Made by a program: the position numbers and the translations under genes. From NCBI GenBank assembly GCA_044224875.1, contig JBGAJQ010000017.1:1-64000 (forward strand): 64,000 bases of DNA. The letters run 5' to 3'. Each line of letters starts with the position of its first letter. Position 1 is the stretch's first letter. This DNA is from Gemmatimonadaceae bacterium. Lineage in GTDB: Bacteria > Gemmatimonadota > Gemmatimonadetes > Gemmatimonadales > Gemmatimonadaceae. Shown here in pieces: positions 29,014-39,596 of the stretch. The notes below the pieces were generated by a model. The model saw only the letters and a program-made list of their open reading frames with translations, was not told the DNA's origin and ran no database searches.

Positions 29014-29682
29014 TCAGTATCGCTTGACCACTCTCGCCCGCACGATGTAGTCCAACTTCGGAAACTCGCGATGAAGGTAGGCGTTTCCCTGCAGCCCAAT
29101 CGAATCCTGTGACGGGCCGGGGAAGGTCTTTCCACCCCGGGTACCAGTGTACTCCCAGTAAAGCGAGTCGAGCACCTCGACCCCTTGCACAACTTCACCG
29201 ATCGGGGGAAAACCTATGGTGTTCAGCGTATCCAATCGCGGCGTGTTGTCCACGAGGTTGAAGAAGAGCTGCACCGAGCGTGAGTTGGGCCCGCCACGTG
29301 CAAACGAGAGTGCGCCGCGCCTGTTGACGGCAGCCACGGAGTCATCGGGTATGGTCTTCCCCTCCCACGCCGCATTCACCGCGGAATCCCCATGGATGCC
29401 GAACTGCGCGACGAAGTTGCGCATGGTGCGGTGAAAGGCCACGGAGTCGAAGTATCGATTTCGCACCAGCACGTAGAAGCGGTCGGCGCCGTGCGGTGAC
29501 CATGGCCGGTGAACACGCACGCGCATTGGACCCTTGGTGGTCACCACCTCGACGTCAAACGAGTCCGGCGCTGTGGCCCGGTACGCCTTGGCGTCCGGCG
29601 TGACGAGTGGGGCCGGCTTGTGGCACGCCAGCGCCGCCCCCGTGGTCAGGGCGGCGAAGACCAGCAATCGCCGCCGTGACAC
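29014..29682 (-). CDS. Cyclophilin-type peptidyl-prolyl isomerase (lipoprotein)
   Basis: GTG 29682: MSRRRLLVFAALTTGAALAC; FHR...FVAQFG, NRRG.LSFA..GPNSR..QLFFNL.DN. Confidence 0.88.
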   Translation of the reverse strand: MSRRRLLVFAALTTGAALACHKPAPLVTPDAKAYRATAPDSFDVEVVTTKGPMRVRVHRPWSPHGADRFYVLVRNRYFDSVAFHRTMRNFVAQFGIHGDSAVNAAWEGKTIPDDSVAAVNRRGALSFARGGPNSRSVQLFFNLVDNTPRLDTLNTIGFPPIGEVVQGVEVLDSLYWEYTGTRGGKTFPGPSQDSIGLQGNAYLHREFPKLDYIVRARVVKRY

Positions 29683-29704
29683 ACCGCCGTTCAGCGTACC
29701 GGCG

Positions 29705-31045
29705 TTAGGCAATGCGCGACAAGGCATCGCCGATCGCGTCGACGATCCGGTCGATCTGTGCGCGCTCGATGATGAGCGGCGGGGAGAGGGCAATGATGTC
29801 ACCGGTAAAGCGACACAGGACGCCGTTCCGGAAGCAGTCGATGTGTGTCTCCATCGCCCTGGCCCCAACCTTGCCCGGTCGTGACTCCAGTTCGATGCCC
29901 GCCACCAGACCCAGATTGCGCACGTCGATCACGTGCGGCTTGCCCCGAAGCGAGTGCACCGCCTCCTGCCAATAGCCGGACATCTCGTTGGCCCGCTCGA
30001 ACAGCCCTTCGTCCCGGTACAGGTCCAGGGTCGCCAGCCCGGCCGCGCAGGCCAGCGGATGGCCAGAGTAGGTGTAGCCGTGGAAGAACTCGATGCCGGC
30101 TTCGGCCGCCGCGACAACGCTCTCGTAGATGCCATGCCTAACGAACACGGCGCCCATCGGCACCGAGCCGTTGGTGATCCCCTTGGCAACCGTCATCATG
30201 TCGGGCGACACGCCGAACCGGTCGGCGCCAAATGGTGTCCCCAATCGCCCAAAACCGGTGATGACCTCGTCGAAGATCAGCAGGATCCCGTACTTGTCAC
30301 AGATCGCGCGCAGCCGCTCCAGGTATCCTTTCGGCGGAACCAGCACACCCGCTGAACCCGCCACAGGTTCAACAATCACGGCGGCGATGGTATCCCCACC
30401 GTGCGCCTTCACGACTTCCTCGAGCGCGTCCGCAAGGTTGGCGCCGTGCTCTGGCTGACCCTTCGAGAAAAAGTTCTCCGGCATACCGTGCGTCGCCGGA
30501 ATGTGTGACACATGCGGCATCAGTTGCGCCATGTACGCCTGTCGGTTCTTCTCGATTCCGCCAACCGAGATACCGCCAAAGCCCACGCCGTGGTACCCAC
30601 GCACGCGTCCCACAAAGCGCACGCGTTGCGGCTGCCCCTTCGAAATCCAGTAAGCCATCGCGATCTTCAGGGCCGTGTCCACCGCCTCCGACCCGGAATT
30701 CGCGAAAAACACATGGTCCAGAGGCTTCGGCATGATTTCCACCAGCCGGTTCGCCAACGCGAACGAAAGCGGGTGGCCCATGTTGAACCCAGGAGCGTAG
30801 TCCAGTGTGGCGGCGGCCTCCGCGATAGCCGCCACAACGGGCTCGCGGGAGTGGCCCGCGTTGACGCACCAAAGCCCCGCGGTTCCATCGAGGATCTGGT
30901 TCCCGTCGACATCCGTGTAGTACATCCCCTTGGCGGAGGCGAGAAGCCGGGGGGCCGCCTTGAACGCCCGGTTTGCCGTAAAGGGCATCCAGTGCGACTC
31001 CATGTCGGCAGCGGTGAGCGGAGAGAGCGGAAGCGTGGTAGCCAT
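29705..31045 (-). CDS. Class III aminotransferase, omega-amino acid (beta-alanine)-pyruvate type
   Basis: HWMPFTANR.FK..PR, DGTAGLWC.NAGH, SGSEAVDTALK, FDEVITGFGR, VAKGITNG (PLP Lys), FFHGYTYSGHP. Confidence 0.92.
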   Translation of the reverse strand: MATTLPLSPLTAADMESHWMPFTANRAFKAAPRLLASAKGMYYTDVDGNQILDGTAGLWCVNAGHSREPVVAAIAEAAATLDYAPGFNMGHPLSFALANRLVEIMPKPLDHVFFANSGSEAVDTALKIAMAYWISKGQPQRVRFVGRVRGYHGVGFGGISVGGIEKNRQAYMAQLMPHVSHIPATHGMPENFFSKGQPEHGANLADALEEVVKAHGGDTIAAVIVEPVAGSAGVLVPPKGYLERLRAICDKYGILLIFDEVITGFGRLGTPFGADRFGVSPDMMTVAKGITNGSVPMGAVFVRHGIYESVVAAAEAGIEFFHGYTYSGHPLACAAGLATLDLYRDEGLFERANEMSGYWQEAVHSLRGKPHVIDVRNLGLVAGIELESRPGKVGARAMETHIDCFRNGVLCRFTGDIIALSPPLIIERAQIDRIVDAIGDALSRIA

Positions 31046-31241
31046 GGGAGGGAGGCGAAGGAGTCGGTTCTGGCAGGGAAAACAGCTGCGATGGATTTGC
31101 GCCTCAACGAGCCGGCGCGCAATGCCCGGGATACGTCTGCGTCGGCTTAGGCCTCGGCGGCGCCAACGCACATGCCCGTCGCGAAACCGCCAGGGCGCGA
31201 TCGGTAACCAGCGTGCTACCCGTTCCGGCGACGTGAACCGA

Positions 31242-32030
31242 TCACGTCGTTGCCTGCGGTTGGGCCGCCGTCTTGGGCTCGGGAGATGGCTTGGCGGCAC
31301 GCGCCGCGTCCTCTTGAGCCAGTTCCGCTTCTTCCTCTTGCTCTCGCTCCGCCACCTCGCGCTCGATAGCTTCGCGCTCCGCGCGGTACCGAGTGTACCA
31401 CTCCCGCGTGATCTCTCCCGCGAGTTCGCGATTACCGAGGCCGAAGGCGAGTGCCATGCCTAACGCCAAGGCGCCGAACAGGATCGCGAAGGCCGTGGTC
31501 ACGATGTCCGTGGCGATGCCCAATTCCTGCAGCGCCATGAACACCGCCAGTGTCACCACGCCCCAGCGTCCAATCCGCGCCAGCGTGGGACCACCCTGCA
31601 CCGCGCCAGCCGACGCCATGATCAGTCCGCCGGTAAACCGGCCCAACACAATGCCGACGATCATGATGACGATGGCCGACATCAGGGACGGCAGGTACCC
31701 CACCAGCTCGGTGAACACCCCAGCCAGCGATTCCATGCCTAACGCGCTGGCCGCGACGATGATCACGGCGAACATCGTGAACCAGAAGAGCGTCTTGCCG
31801 ATGACCCGCGTGGGATTGAAGTGAGCCCCCGTGCGCTCCACCGCTTCCAGCACCCCGCCCCGCTCCAGCATCCGGTTCAGGTGCAACCGCCGCAAAAGGC
31901 GCTCCGTCCCCTTCTCGATCAACTTGGCCAGCAGGTATCCCGCGAACAGGATGACCAGGGCGCCCAAGAGCGCCGGCACGATCTCCGCCAGCTGGGCAAA
32001 ACTCTCCTGCAATCGCTCGAGGAAGTTCAC
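31242..32030 (-). CDS. TM-helix-repeat membrane protein (mechanosensitive channel MscS-associated/CmpX-like)
   Basis: Repeated P.L.GAL.IL..G.L.A and YLP.L..AI.I.I.G motifs; ALAFGLG.RE.A. Confidence 0.75.
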   Translation of the reverse strand: MNFLERLQESFAQLAEIVPALLGALVILFAGYLLAKLIEKGTERLLRRLHLNRMLERGGVLEAVERTGAHFNPTRVIGKTLFWFTMFAVIIVAASALGMESLAGVFTELVGYLPSLMSAIVIMIVGIVLGRFTGGLIMASAGAVQGGPTLARIGRWGVVTLAVFMALQELGIATDIVTTAFAILFGALALGMALAFGLGNRELAGEITREWYTRYRAEREAIEREVAEREQEEEAELAQEDAARAAKPSPEPKTAAQPQATT

Positions 32031-32134
32031 GACGGTCCCGGGTAAGGTCCCCGAAATCTAGCAACCTCAAGGCGCCAAACGCCTATTGAGATTTCCAGCC
32101 GTCCTCCCCGCGGGCGCCTCCCGTCGGCCACGGC

Positions 32135-32359
32135 CTAGTTCCGAGTTCCTCGGCGAACGTCAAAAATCGCCGACCGTCTGCACTGGGGGCAGATCAACCA
32201 CTCCCGCTGCCGAGCGTAACCCAAGCCGAAGGACCCGCCGCCGATCTCCCGGGACGTCATTGTGACGAGGCAACGGGGGCACTCCGCCCCCACTCCCTCA
32301 CCAAACGCCTCGCGAATGCGCTTCTCCTCCGAGGGCGTGTACTGCGCGTGGTCCGTCAT
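32135..32359 (-). CDS. Small zinc-ribbon protein
   Basis: 74 aa with CPRC and CPQC; 4-nt overlap with the upstream thioesterase. Confidence 0.7.
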   Translation of the reverse strand: MTDHAQYTPSEEKRIREAFGEGVGAECPRCLVTMTSREIGGGSFGLGYARQREWLICPQCRRSAIFDVRRGTRN

Positions 32360-32787
32360 GTCGCAGACGAATCCGCAGCGGCTGTCCCGTCGCCCTCTGG
32401 CGTTCGGACGCTCTCCAGGAGCGTGCGTATGTCGTCCGGAATCGCCACCGGGGTGCGACTCGAATAGTCGTACATCACCTGAACGGTGTCCCCGTCAGCG
32501 ATCAAACGACCATCTCGGCTGTCGCAAAGTCGATAGTGAAAGATCCACGCCTTTTTCCGGATCTGCGAAACAGTAATGTCCACCTCGAGCGGCACTCCCA
32601 TCCGCGCCGACGAATGGTATTTGAGGTGCGCCTCGGCCACGATGAAGGGCGGATCGGGGACCTTTTGCCAGGTGTCACTCCAGAGCGCGTGCCGTGCCAT
32701 TTCGAAGTACGTCAAGTACACGGCATTGTTCACGTGGCCCTTCGTGTCGTAGTCCGTGTAACGCGTTCCGATGGCAAAGCGCATCAC
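32356..32787 (-). CDS. Acyl-CoA thioesterase (4HBT/YbgC-like hot-dog fold)
   Basis: RYTDYDTKGHVNNAVYLTYFEMAR motif. Confidence 0.9.
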   Translation of the reverse strand: MMRFAIGTRYTDYDTKGHVNNAVYLTYFEMARHALWSDTWQKVPDPPFIVAEAHLKYHSSARMGVPLEVDITVSQIRKKAWIFHYRLCDSRDGRLIADGDTVQVMYDYSSRTPVAIPDDIRTLLESVRTPEGDGTAAADSSAT

Positions 32788-33830
32788 GCAATCCTCACGA
32801 CAACCTTTCCGAACTGCTCTCCCGACGCCAGCCGGGCGAATGCCTCGCGTCCCTGCTCCAGGGGAAAGGTCGAGTCGACGACGGCCCGCAATCGGCCGGT
32901 GCGGAATTCCTCGACGACCGCCGCGAACTCACTTTCGCTCCCCATCGTTGAGCCCATGATCGTCCACTGATTCCAAAAGAGGCGGCGTACGTCTAGCTGA
33001 AGTTCGGGTCCCGATGTTCCACCGCAGGTGACAAGGCGACCTCGCTTCCCCAGCGCACCTAACGACTGCGAGAAGGTCGCTCGGCCAACGCTGTCGATGA
33101 CCACGTCCACGCCACGCTTCCCGGTGCGGGCACGCACCTCCTTGCCGATGTCGATCCCCGGGCCGTGCTTGAGCGCGACATCCGCGCCAAGCGCCAGGGC
33201 GCGTTCGAGCTTCCAATCGGCCCCCGATGTCACCCACACACGGGCTCCCAGGTTCTTGCAGATCTGCAGCGCGGCCAGCGCTACACCGCCGCCAATCCCC
33301 CAAATGAGTACCTCCTCGCCGGCACGTACCCTCGCCCGCGTGTGCACCATGCGCCACGCGGTGAGCGTGGCAAGTGGATACGCGCCCGCAACATCCCAAT
33401 CCGACGGGGTGGCAATCTTGGCAACGTTAGGTTCGGGGACGACAACCAGCTCGCACAGCGTTCCCGGGCGGTGCTCGCCCAGGATCCCGTACTTCAGGCA
33501 GAGGGGCTGGTCTCCCGAGGTGCAGTATTCGCACTCCCTGCAGGACACACCTGGGTTGATCAGGACGGCGTCGCCAGGAGCTACGGAACGCACGCTCGCG
33601 CCAACGCTCTCCACTTCCCCGGCCCCGTCGGCACCGAGGATCCAGGACGGCGCGAGCGTGAGGTGCGGCAGGCCTTCCATCGTGAACAGGTCGAGATGAT
33701 TCAGCGCCGCGGCACGAACCCGAACACGAACGGAGTGGTCTCCAGCGAGCGGCGGTTCAGGTAGGTCTTGTCGAAAGCGGAGTTGTTCGAGTCCGCCGGT
33801 TGCATCTAAGGTGAGTGCTCGCACCCTCAC
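32784..33830 (-). CDS. Zinc-binding (MDR) alcohol dehydrogenase / quinone oxidoreductase family protein
   Basis: [18 protein letters not shown], structural Zn CRECEYC...C, GIGGGV; the catalytic GHE is replaced by GAD. Confidence 0.88.
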   Translation of the reverse strand: MRVRALTLDATGGLEQLRFRQDLPEPPLAGDHSVRVRVRAAALNHLDLFTMEGLPHLTLAPSWILGADGAGEVESVGASVRSVAPGDAVLINPGVSCRECEYCTSGDQPLCLKYGILGEHRPGTLCELVVVPEPNVAKIATPSDWDVAGAYPLATLTAWRMVHTRARVRAGEEVLIWGIGGGVALAALQICKNLGARVWVTSGADWKLERALALGADVALKHGPGIDIGKEVRARTGKRGVDVVIDSVGRATFSQSLGALGKRGRLVTCGGTSGPELQLDVRRLFWNQWTIMGSTMGSESEFAAVVEEFRTGRLRAVVDSTFPLEQGREAFARLASGEQFGKVVVRIA

Positions 33831-33910
33831 TCCTGCCGGTTATATTGACGCGTGCTGTGGCGCGGCCTTGGACGAGGACGCGCTTTCGTTCAAACTCCCG
33901 ATCGCGAAGC

Positions 33911-35263
33911 ATGCTCTCGATCAAGGTCCCACCTCTCGGTGAATCAATCGTCGAAGCCACTGTATCTCAGTGGCGCAAGAAGGAGGGGGACTCGGTCGCT
34001 GCGGGCGAAACGCTCGTGGAGCTGGAGACGGATAAGGTAACGGTCGAAGTTCCGGCGCTCAAAGCGGGCGTGCTCACCCGTCGTCTCAAGCATGAAGGCG
34101 ATGTGGTGAAGGTGGATGAGGAACTGTGCGTTATCGACGACGCTGCCGCTGGCTCATCCGTCGTCACAGGCGTACCGGCCGCGGCTTCATCGCCTTCGGC
34201 GACTGCAGCCAGTCCGGCTGTCCCCGCAGCCGCGCCGACTCCGCCGGCCGTGATCGCTCCATCGGTGGCACCGTCCGAAACACGCGCCTCCCCGGCCGCC
34301 GCACGGGTTGCGGCCGAGCAAGGGGTGTCACTGGCAAACATTCCCGGCACCGGACGCGGTGGCGTCATCAGCAAGCCGGATGTGGTGGAGTATCTCGGCC
34401 GGCCGGTTGAGCCGTCAGCTCCAACGACCGGAACGGCGTCATCCGCGGCACCACCCACTCCAGCACCAGCGCCCGCCGGGCGACCGGCGGTGGGAGGACC
34501 CGCTGCAGGTCCGGCCCCGCCATCCGCCGCAGCGGCGTCGACACCGGGCGGTACCGCACCTACCACCGGCCGGGAAACGCGCGAGAAGATGTCCACGCGC
34601 CGGAAGCGCATCGCCGAGCATCTCCTGGAGTCGCAGCATGCCACCGCGCACCTGACGACCTTCAACGAAGTCGACATGACCGCTGTCGAGTCGTTGCGCG
34701 CCCGAGTCAAGGAGAAGATCGAGAAGGAAACCGGCGTGCGTTTGAGCTTGATGCCATTCTTCGTCAAGGCGGCTTGCCTGGCACTTAAGCAATTCCCCAC
34801 GGTGAACGCACGCATCGATGGGGACGCGATCGTCTATCATCATTACGTCAACATGGGGATTGCGGTCGCGTCAGACGCGGGACTCGTGGTACCGAATGTG
34901 AAGGGCGCCGATGCCTTGGGACTCGTGGACATCGGGCGGGCGATCAGCGACGTGGCCAAGAAGGCACGAGACGGTAAGCTGACGATGGACGACCTGACGG
35001 GCGGGACCTTTACCATCACGAACGGCGGTGTGTTTGGGTCGCTCGTCTCCACGCCGATCATCAACTTCCCGCAAGTCGGAATTCTCGGCCTGCATAAGGT
35101 TCAGGATCGCCCCGTGGTGGTTGACGGGCAGATCGTCATCCGGCCGATGATGTATGTGGCTCTTTCATATGATCATCGCATCATCGATGGTCAGCAGGCG
35201 GTGCTCTTTCTCGTCCGCGTGAAGGAGCTCATGGAAGACCCCGCGCTCATGGCCGTCTCGTAG
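33911..35263 (+). CDS. sucB: Dihydrolipoamide succinyltransferase (2-oxoglutarate dehydrogenase E2)
   Basis: Lipoyl domain [12 protein letters not shown]...[12 protein letters not shown]3-binding [48 protein letters not shown]. Confidence 0.93.
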   Translation: MLSIKVPPLGESIVEATVSQWRKKEGDSVAAGETLVELETDKVTVEVPALKAGVLTRRLKHEGDVVKVDEELCVIDDAAAGSSVVTGVPAAASSPSATAASPAVPAAAPTPPAVIAPSVAPSETRASPAAARVAAEQGVSLANIPGTGRGGVISKPDVVEYLGRPVEPSAPTTGTASSAAPPTPAPAPAGRPAVGGPAAGPAPPSAAAASTPGGTAPTTGRETREKMSTRRKRIAEHLLESQHATAHLTTFNEVDMTAVESLRARVKEKIEKETGVRLSLMPFFVKAACLALKQFPTVNARIDGDAIVYHHYVNMGIAVASDAGLVVPNVKGADALGLVDIGRAISDVAKKARDGKLTMDDLTGGTFTITNGGVFGSLVSTPIINFPQVGILGLHKVQDRPVVVDGQIVIRPMMYVALSYDHRIIDGQQAVLFLVRVKELMEDPALMAVS

Positions 35264-35287
35264 CGTCGACGGGCCCTGCTAGCGACA

Positions 35288-35327
35288 GCATCCCGGTCCG
35301 CCAAGGCGGCCGGGATGTTTCGTTTTT
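35288..35327 (+). terminator. Rho-independent terminator after sucB
   Basis: CATCCCGG-T-CCGCC-AA-GGCGG-CCGGGATG stem followed by TTTCGTTTTT. Confidence 0.75.
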
Positions 35328-35460
35328 GTAATCACCTCACCAAGAGCAAACCATTTCCGCTCTATCGGCATCCAATCCGTTGCAAGGGCAGAAATGCAGC
35401 CTCCCGCTCAGTCGAATCTTTGCAGAACCAGCCCCGTAGGATGGAGCAACGGAGTTACCG

Positions 35461-35898
35461 ATGTCACCGAAATTCGCGTTCACGCCAATCCCACCTTCCC
35501 GCAGTGAAGCGGCGCGCCGGCCAGATTCGATCGCAGGGCTAGCCGGTACGTGGCGTGGACAACTGTTCGACTCAAATGGAGCGGGAACGCCCTTCCACCT
35601 GCTCCGCGACAATACGCCTGACGCTTCTGTCACCGGTCGGTTCCTGTTCTTTGCCACCGCAGACGTTCCGCCGACGGGGGTCAGGCTGCTCGAGGCCAGC
35701 CAACGGTCCTTCGTCGCCCTCATCGGCCCCTACTTCGATCCGCGTGAGAACGCTGACGTTGTCACGGTTTTCGAGGGGACGAGAGATGACCGGTCGATCA
35801 GTGGGTCGTTCTACACACGCAGTTCGTCCTGGCACGATGTCCTGAGGTCCGGGACTTTTCTCGCCAACCGCGTAGCCGCGGAACCTCGTGCGGCGTAG
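35461..35898 (+). CDS. Hypothetical protein (small beta-rich fold)
   Basis: 145 aa ORF with GGAG RBS; LAGTWRG beta-barrel-like start; no family recognised. Confidence 0.65.
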   Translation: MSPKFAFTPIPPSRSEAARRPDSIAGLAGTWRGQLFDSNGAGTPFHLLRDNTPDASVTGRFLFFATADVPPTGVRLLEASQRSFVALIGPYFDPRENADVVTVFEGTRDDRSISGSFYTRSSSWHDVLRSGTFLANRVAAEPRAA

Positions 35899-36015
35899 CG
35901 AGTAAGAAGCTGTTCCAAGTGGGGCACCACGCTTCGCGTGGTGTGGGGGAGCGGGTGTGGTCGCCTTCGGCGGTCACACCCGCTTATTTTTCCCGTCCCA
36001 TCGCAAGGTCCCACT

Positions 36016-37428
36016 GTGAGTTCTCCCGAAATGCCGGCCGTTGATGTCGTCATCATAGGCGGCGGGCCGGGCGGATACGTGGCTGCCATTCGTGCGGCCC
36101 AGCTCGGTCTCTCCACCGTGTGCGTCGAGATGGACAAGACCCTCGGTGGCACATGCGTGAACGTCGGCTGCATTCCGTCCAAGGCGCTCCTTCAGTCCTC
36201 GGAGCACTACGAATTCGCGCGGCTCCACGCCCACGAGCATGGGCTGGGATACGATGAACTTCATCTGGACCTGGGCCAGATGATGAAGCGAAAAGACGAG
36301 GTGGTCGCCGCGAACACGCGGGGTGTGGAGTTCCTGTTCAAGAAGAACAAGGTGACGTGGGCGCGCGGTAAGGGCACGCTGCTTCCGGGGAACGTGGTCG
36401 AGGTGACAGCTCCCGATGGGGCCGTTCAGCGTTATGGGGCCCGCCATGTCATCATCGCAACCGGTTCGGTCCCGATCGAGCTTCCCTTCCTCCGGTTCGA
36501 CGAGCAGCGGGTGCTGTCGAACGTTGGTGCGCTGAGGATCCCGGAGGTCCCGCGACATCTCGTGGTCATCGGCGGCGGCGTGATTGGCCTGGAACTCGGC
36601 TCCGTGTGGCGGCGGCTTGGTGCAAAGGTCACCGTGGTTGAGCTGATGCCCGGCATCCTTCCTGGGAACGACGAGGACGTGGTGCGCGAAGCAGATCGCG
36701 TCTTCCGAAAGCAGGGGTTGGAGCTGCGCGTCGGGACCCGCGTCACGGGAGCGGACGTACAGACGGACCGTGTACTCGTCCAGTTGGAGAAGGACGGCGT
36801 CTCCGAGACTCTCGACGCCGACCGCGTGCTCGTTTCGGTGGGGCGTCGCCCGGCGCTACTCGGCGTGGATGCGGCAGCGCTCGGACTCGCCCTCGGCTCG
36901 CGCGGCGAGGTGAAGGTCGACGCGCAGATGCGCACCAACCTGCCTAACGTCTATGCCATTGGGGACGCAGTTGGAGGCAAGCTGCTCGCGCACAAGGCCG
37001 AGGAAGAAGGCGTGGTCGCGGCCGAAGTGATCGCGGGGAAGCCGGTGCACATGCACTACCACAGCATGCCCAGCGTGGTATACACGTGGCCAGAAGTGGC
37101 CAGCGTTGGCCTTGCCGAACACGAAGTGCGCGCGGCGGGACGCGCCTACAAGGTGGGCAAGTTTCCATTCAGCGCGAACGGCCGGGCGCGAACCATGGGC
37201 GAAAATGCAGGGTTCGTGAAATTCATTGCCGATGCGACAACCGATGAGTTGCTCGGCTGTCACATGATTGGCCCTAACGTGTCCGAATTGATCGCCGAGG
37301 TCGTGCTGGCGTTCGAGTACCGGGGAGCCTCGGAGGACATAGGGATCACGGTGCATTCACACCCCACCATTTCCGAGGCCGTGAAGGAAGCCGCGTTGGC
37401 TGTATTGGGCCGCGCGATTCACATCTAG
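36016..37428 (+). CDS. lpdA: Dihydrolipoyl dehydrogenase (E3)
   Basis: IGGGPGGYVAAIRAAQLG, GGTCVNVGCIPSK, IGGGVIGLE, YAIGD, LAHKAEEEG, HSHPTISEA. Start is GTG 36016 or ATG 36031. Confidence 0.96.
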   Translation: MSSPEMPAVDVVIIGGGPGGYVAAIRAAQLGLSTVCVEMDKTLGGTCVNVGCIPSKALLQSSEHYEFARLHAHEHGLGYDELHLDLGQMMKRKDEVVAANTRGVEFLFKKNKVTWARGKGTLLPGNVVEVTAPDGAVQRYGARHVIIATGSVPIELPFLRFDEQRVLSNVGALRIPEVPRHLVVIGGGVIGLELGSVWRRLGAKVTVVELMPGILPGNDEDVVREADRVFRKQGLELRVGTRVTGADVQTDRVLVQLEKDGVSETLDADRVLVSVGRRPALLGVDAAALGLALGSRGEVKVDAQMRTNLPNVYAIGDAVGGKLLAHKAEEEGVVAAEVIAGKPVHMHYHSMPSVVYTWPEVASVGLAEHEVRAAGRAYKVGKFPFSANGRARTMGENAGFVKFIADATTDELLGCHMIGPNVSELIAEVVLAFEYRGASEDIGITVHSHPTISEAVKEAALAVLGRAIHI

Positions 37429-37488
37429 CGTTATGCAGCTCGATCCCTCATCATCACCAGCGTTCACTCAACTTCGTGGAGTCGTTTG

Positions 37489-38622
37489 ATGTCTACAGTG
37501 ATCGATCCTTCGGCCGGTGCGTCAGCGAAAGCTGACAGCGCGTTTGGCCGTTTTTTTCTTCCCGGTCCCACCGAGGTACGGCTGGACGTCCTGCAGGCCA
37601 TGACCAAGCCGATGATCGGTCATCGGGGCAAGGGCATCGAGGAGTTGATGGGCCGCATCTCACCTCGCTTGCAGAAGGTATTCCGGACATCGCGTGCGGT
37701 GTACAGCGTGTCGTCGTCGGCCACCGGCCTCATGGAGGCGGGTGTGCGCAATGCCGTGCGCGAGCGCGTGTTGTGCCTGATCAACGGCTCCTTCTCCGAG
37801 CGATTCTACAAGGCCGCAAAGAACTCCGGGGTGCCGTGCGATAAGCTGGAGGTCCCGTACGGAGCCTATCATTCGCCAGAGATGCTGGCGGATGCATTGA
37901 AGAAAGGTTCGTACGACGCCGTCACGATGGTCCACTCCGAGACATCCACTGGCGTGCTGAACCCGATCCGCGACCTGGCTCGTGTCGCCCACGAGTCTGG
38001 TGACGTGGTGGTCATTGTCGATACGGTTTCCAGCATGGCGGGAGCGTCGGTGGAATGCGACGCGTGGGAGCTCGACTACGTATGTACGGGATCACAGAAG
38101 GCCTTCGCCGTTCCACCCGGCCTCGCATTCTGCACCGGCAACGAGCGGATTTTTGAGCGGGCGCGTAGCAGCAATCGACGCGGCCTGTACTTCGACATCC
38201 TGGAGCTGGACGACTACTACAAGAAGAACCAGACTCCCAACACGCCGGCGGTGTCATTGCTCTATGCCTTGGACGTTCAGCTCCAACACATCGAACGGGA
38301 AGGGATCGAGGCCCGCTGGGCGCGTCACACGGCCATGGCCAACCGGACCTATGCCTGGGTGAAGGAAATGCAGGGCGCCGGTGTGCCACTGACGATCTTC
38401 GCGCCGGATGGCTATCGCTCGCCATGCGTGACCTGCATTGGCATGCCACCCGGAAAGCTCGGTTCCGCTGTCACGGCGGACATGAAGAAGAAGGGCTTTG
38501 TGATTGGCTCCGGTTACGGCAAGCTCAAGGACGACATGGTTCGCGTGGGTCACATGGGCGATCACACCGTCGACGAATTGAACGTGCTCCTCGACGCACT
38601 CCGCGAGGTGCTTTCCGCATGA
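37489..38622 (+). CDS. Class V aminotransferase (alanine/serine-glyoxylate-like; likely the phosphoserine aminotransferase here)
   Basis: FLPGPT, VHSETSTGVLN, VDTVSS, TGSQKAF..PPGL, RVGHMG; translationally coupled to serA. Confidence 0.88.
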   Translation: MSTVIDPSAGASAKADSAFGRFFLPGPTEVRLDVLQAMTKPMIGHRGKGIEELMGRISPRLQKVFRTSRAVYSVSSSATGLMEAGVRNAVRERVLCLINGSFSERFYKAAKNSGVPCDKLEVPYGAYHSPEMLADALKKGSYDAVTMVHSETSTGVLNPIRDLARVAHESGDVVVIVDTVSSMAGASVECDAWELDYVCTGSQKAFAVPPGLAFCTGNERIFERARSSNRRGLYFDILELDDYYKKNQTPNTPAVSLLYALDVQLQHIEREGIEARWARHTAMANRTYAWVKEMQGAGVPLTIFAPDGYRSPCVTCIGMPPGKLGSAVTADMKKKGFVIGSGYGKLKDDMVRVGHMGDHTVDELNVLLDALREVLSA

Positions 38623-39596
38623 GCGCCAAGTTCAAGGTCCTTGTCGCCGATGCCATTTCAGTGGACGGCCTCGCGCCCCTTCGCGACGACGCTCGGTTTG
38701 AGCTGACAGTCAAACCCGGACTCAAAGGTGCGGACCTGGCCGAAGCCATCGCCGGTGCCGACGCCGTGCTGGTACGCAGCGCAACCAAGATCACCCGCGA
38801 TTCGCTGGCCAAGGCGGAGCACCTGAAGGCGATCGGCCGCGCCGGTGTAGGGGTGGACACGATCGATGTCGCCGCCGCCAGCGAAAAGGGGATCCCCGTC
38901 CTCATTGCGCCTGGCGGGAACACCATCTCCGCGGCAGAACTCACCATGGCGCTGTTGCTCTCGCTGGCGCGTAAGGTACCGGCCGCCGATCGCTCGATGC
39001 GGGCCGGTGAGTGGGACAAGAAGAGCTTCTCCGGCATCGAGCTCTATGGCAAGACGTTAGGTCTGGTCGGCGCCGGACGCATTGGATCGCAAGTCGCCAA
39101 GCGGGCACGGGCGTTCGGGATGACCGTCCTCATCTTCGATCCTTACATCACCAAGGAACGCGCCCGTGAGCTCGACGCCGAGGCGGCCACCCTCGACGAC
39201 GTGCTGAGCCGCGGGGACGTCATCTCGGTACACGTCCCGCTGACGGATGCGACGAAGGGACTGATTGGGAACGCGCAGTTCGCGCGCATGAAACCCACCA
39301 CAATCGTTTTGAACGTGGCGCGTGGAGGCGTGGTCGACGAAACGGCGTTGCTCGCCGCGCTGCAGGAAAAGAAGATCGCCGGAGCTGCGCTCGACGTGTT
39401 TGAGCTCGAGCCGCTCCCAGCGGATCATCCGTTCCGGACGCTGCCAAACGTTGTCCTGACACCGCACCTCGGCGCATCGACGTCTGAGGCCCAGGAGAAG
39501 GTCGCCGTTGAAATCGCGGAAGTGATCCGCGATGTCCTGCTGCATGGTGACGTTTCGGCGGCCGTCAACGCGCAAGCAATCAGCAAGCGATCATAG
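38619..39596 (+). CDS. serA: D-3-phosphoglycerate dehydrogenase (short form, no ACT domain)
   Basis: LVRSATK, IGRAGVGVD.ID, NTISAAE, GLVGAGRIG, NVARGG, ALDVFE.EP, TPHLGAST.EAQ. Confidence 0.82.
   Translation: MSAKFKVLVADAISVDGLAPLRDDARFELTVKPGLKGADLAEAIAGADAVLVRSATKITRDSLAKAEHLKAIGRAGVGVDTIDVAAASEKGIPVLIAPGGNTISAAELTMALLLSLARKVPAADRSMRAGEWDKKSFSGIELYGKTLGLVGAGRIGSQVAKRARAFGMTVLIFDPYITKERARELDAEAATLDDVLSRGDVISVHVPLTDATKGLIGNAQFARMKPTTIVLNVARGGVVDETALLAALQEKKIAGAALDVFELEPLPADHPFRTLPNVVLTPHLGASTSEAQEKVAVEIAEVIRDVLLHGDVSAAVNAQAISKRS

Noticed and set aside
35340..35463. GCAAACC...GGAGTTACCGATG, reminiscent of a c-di-GMP-I riboswitch, upstream of the hypothetical gene
   Set aside because: The GAAA-capped P2 stem and the GGGACGCAAAGC core are absent; only the ends resemble the motif.
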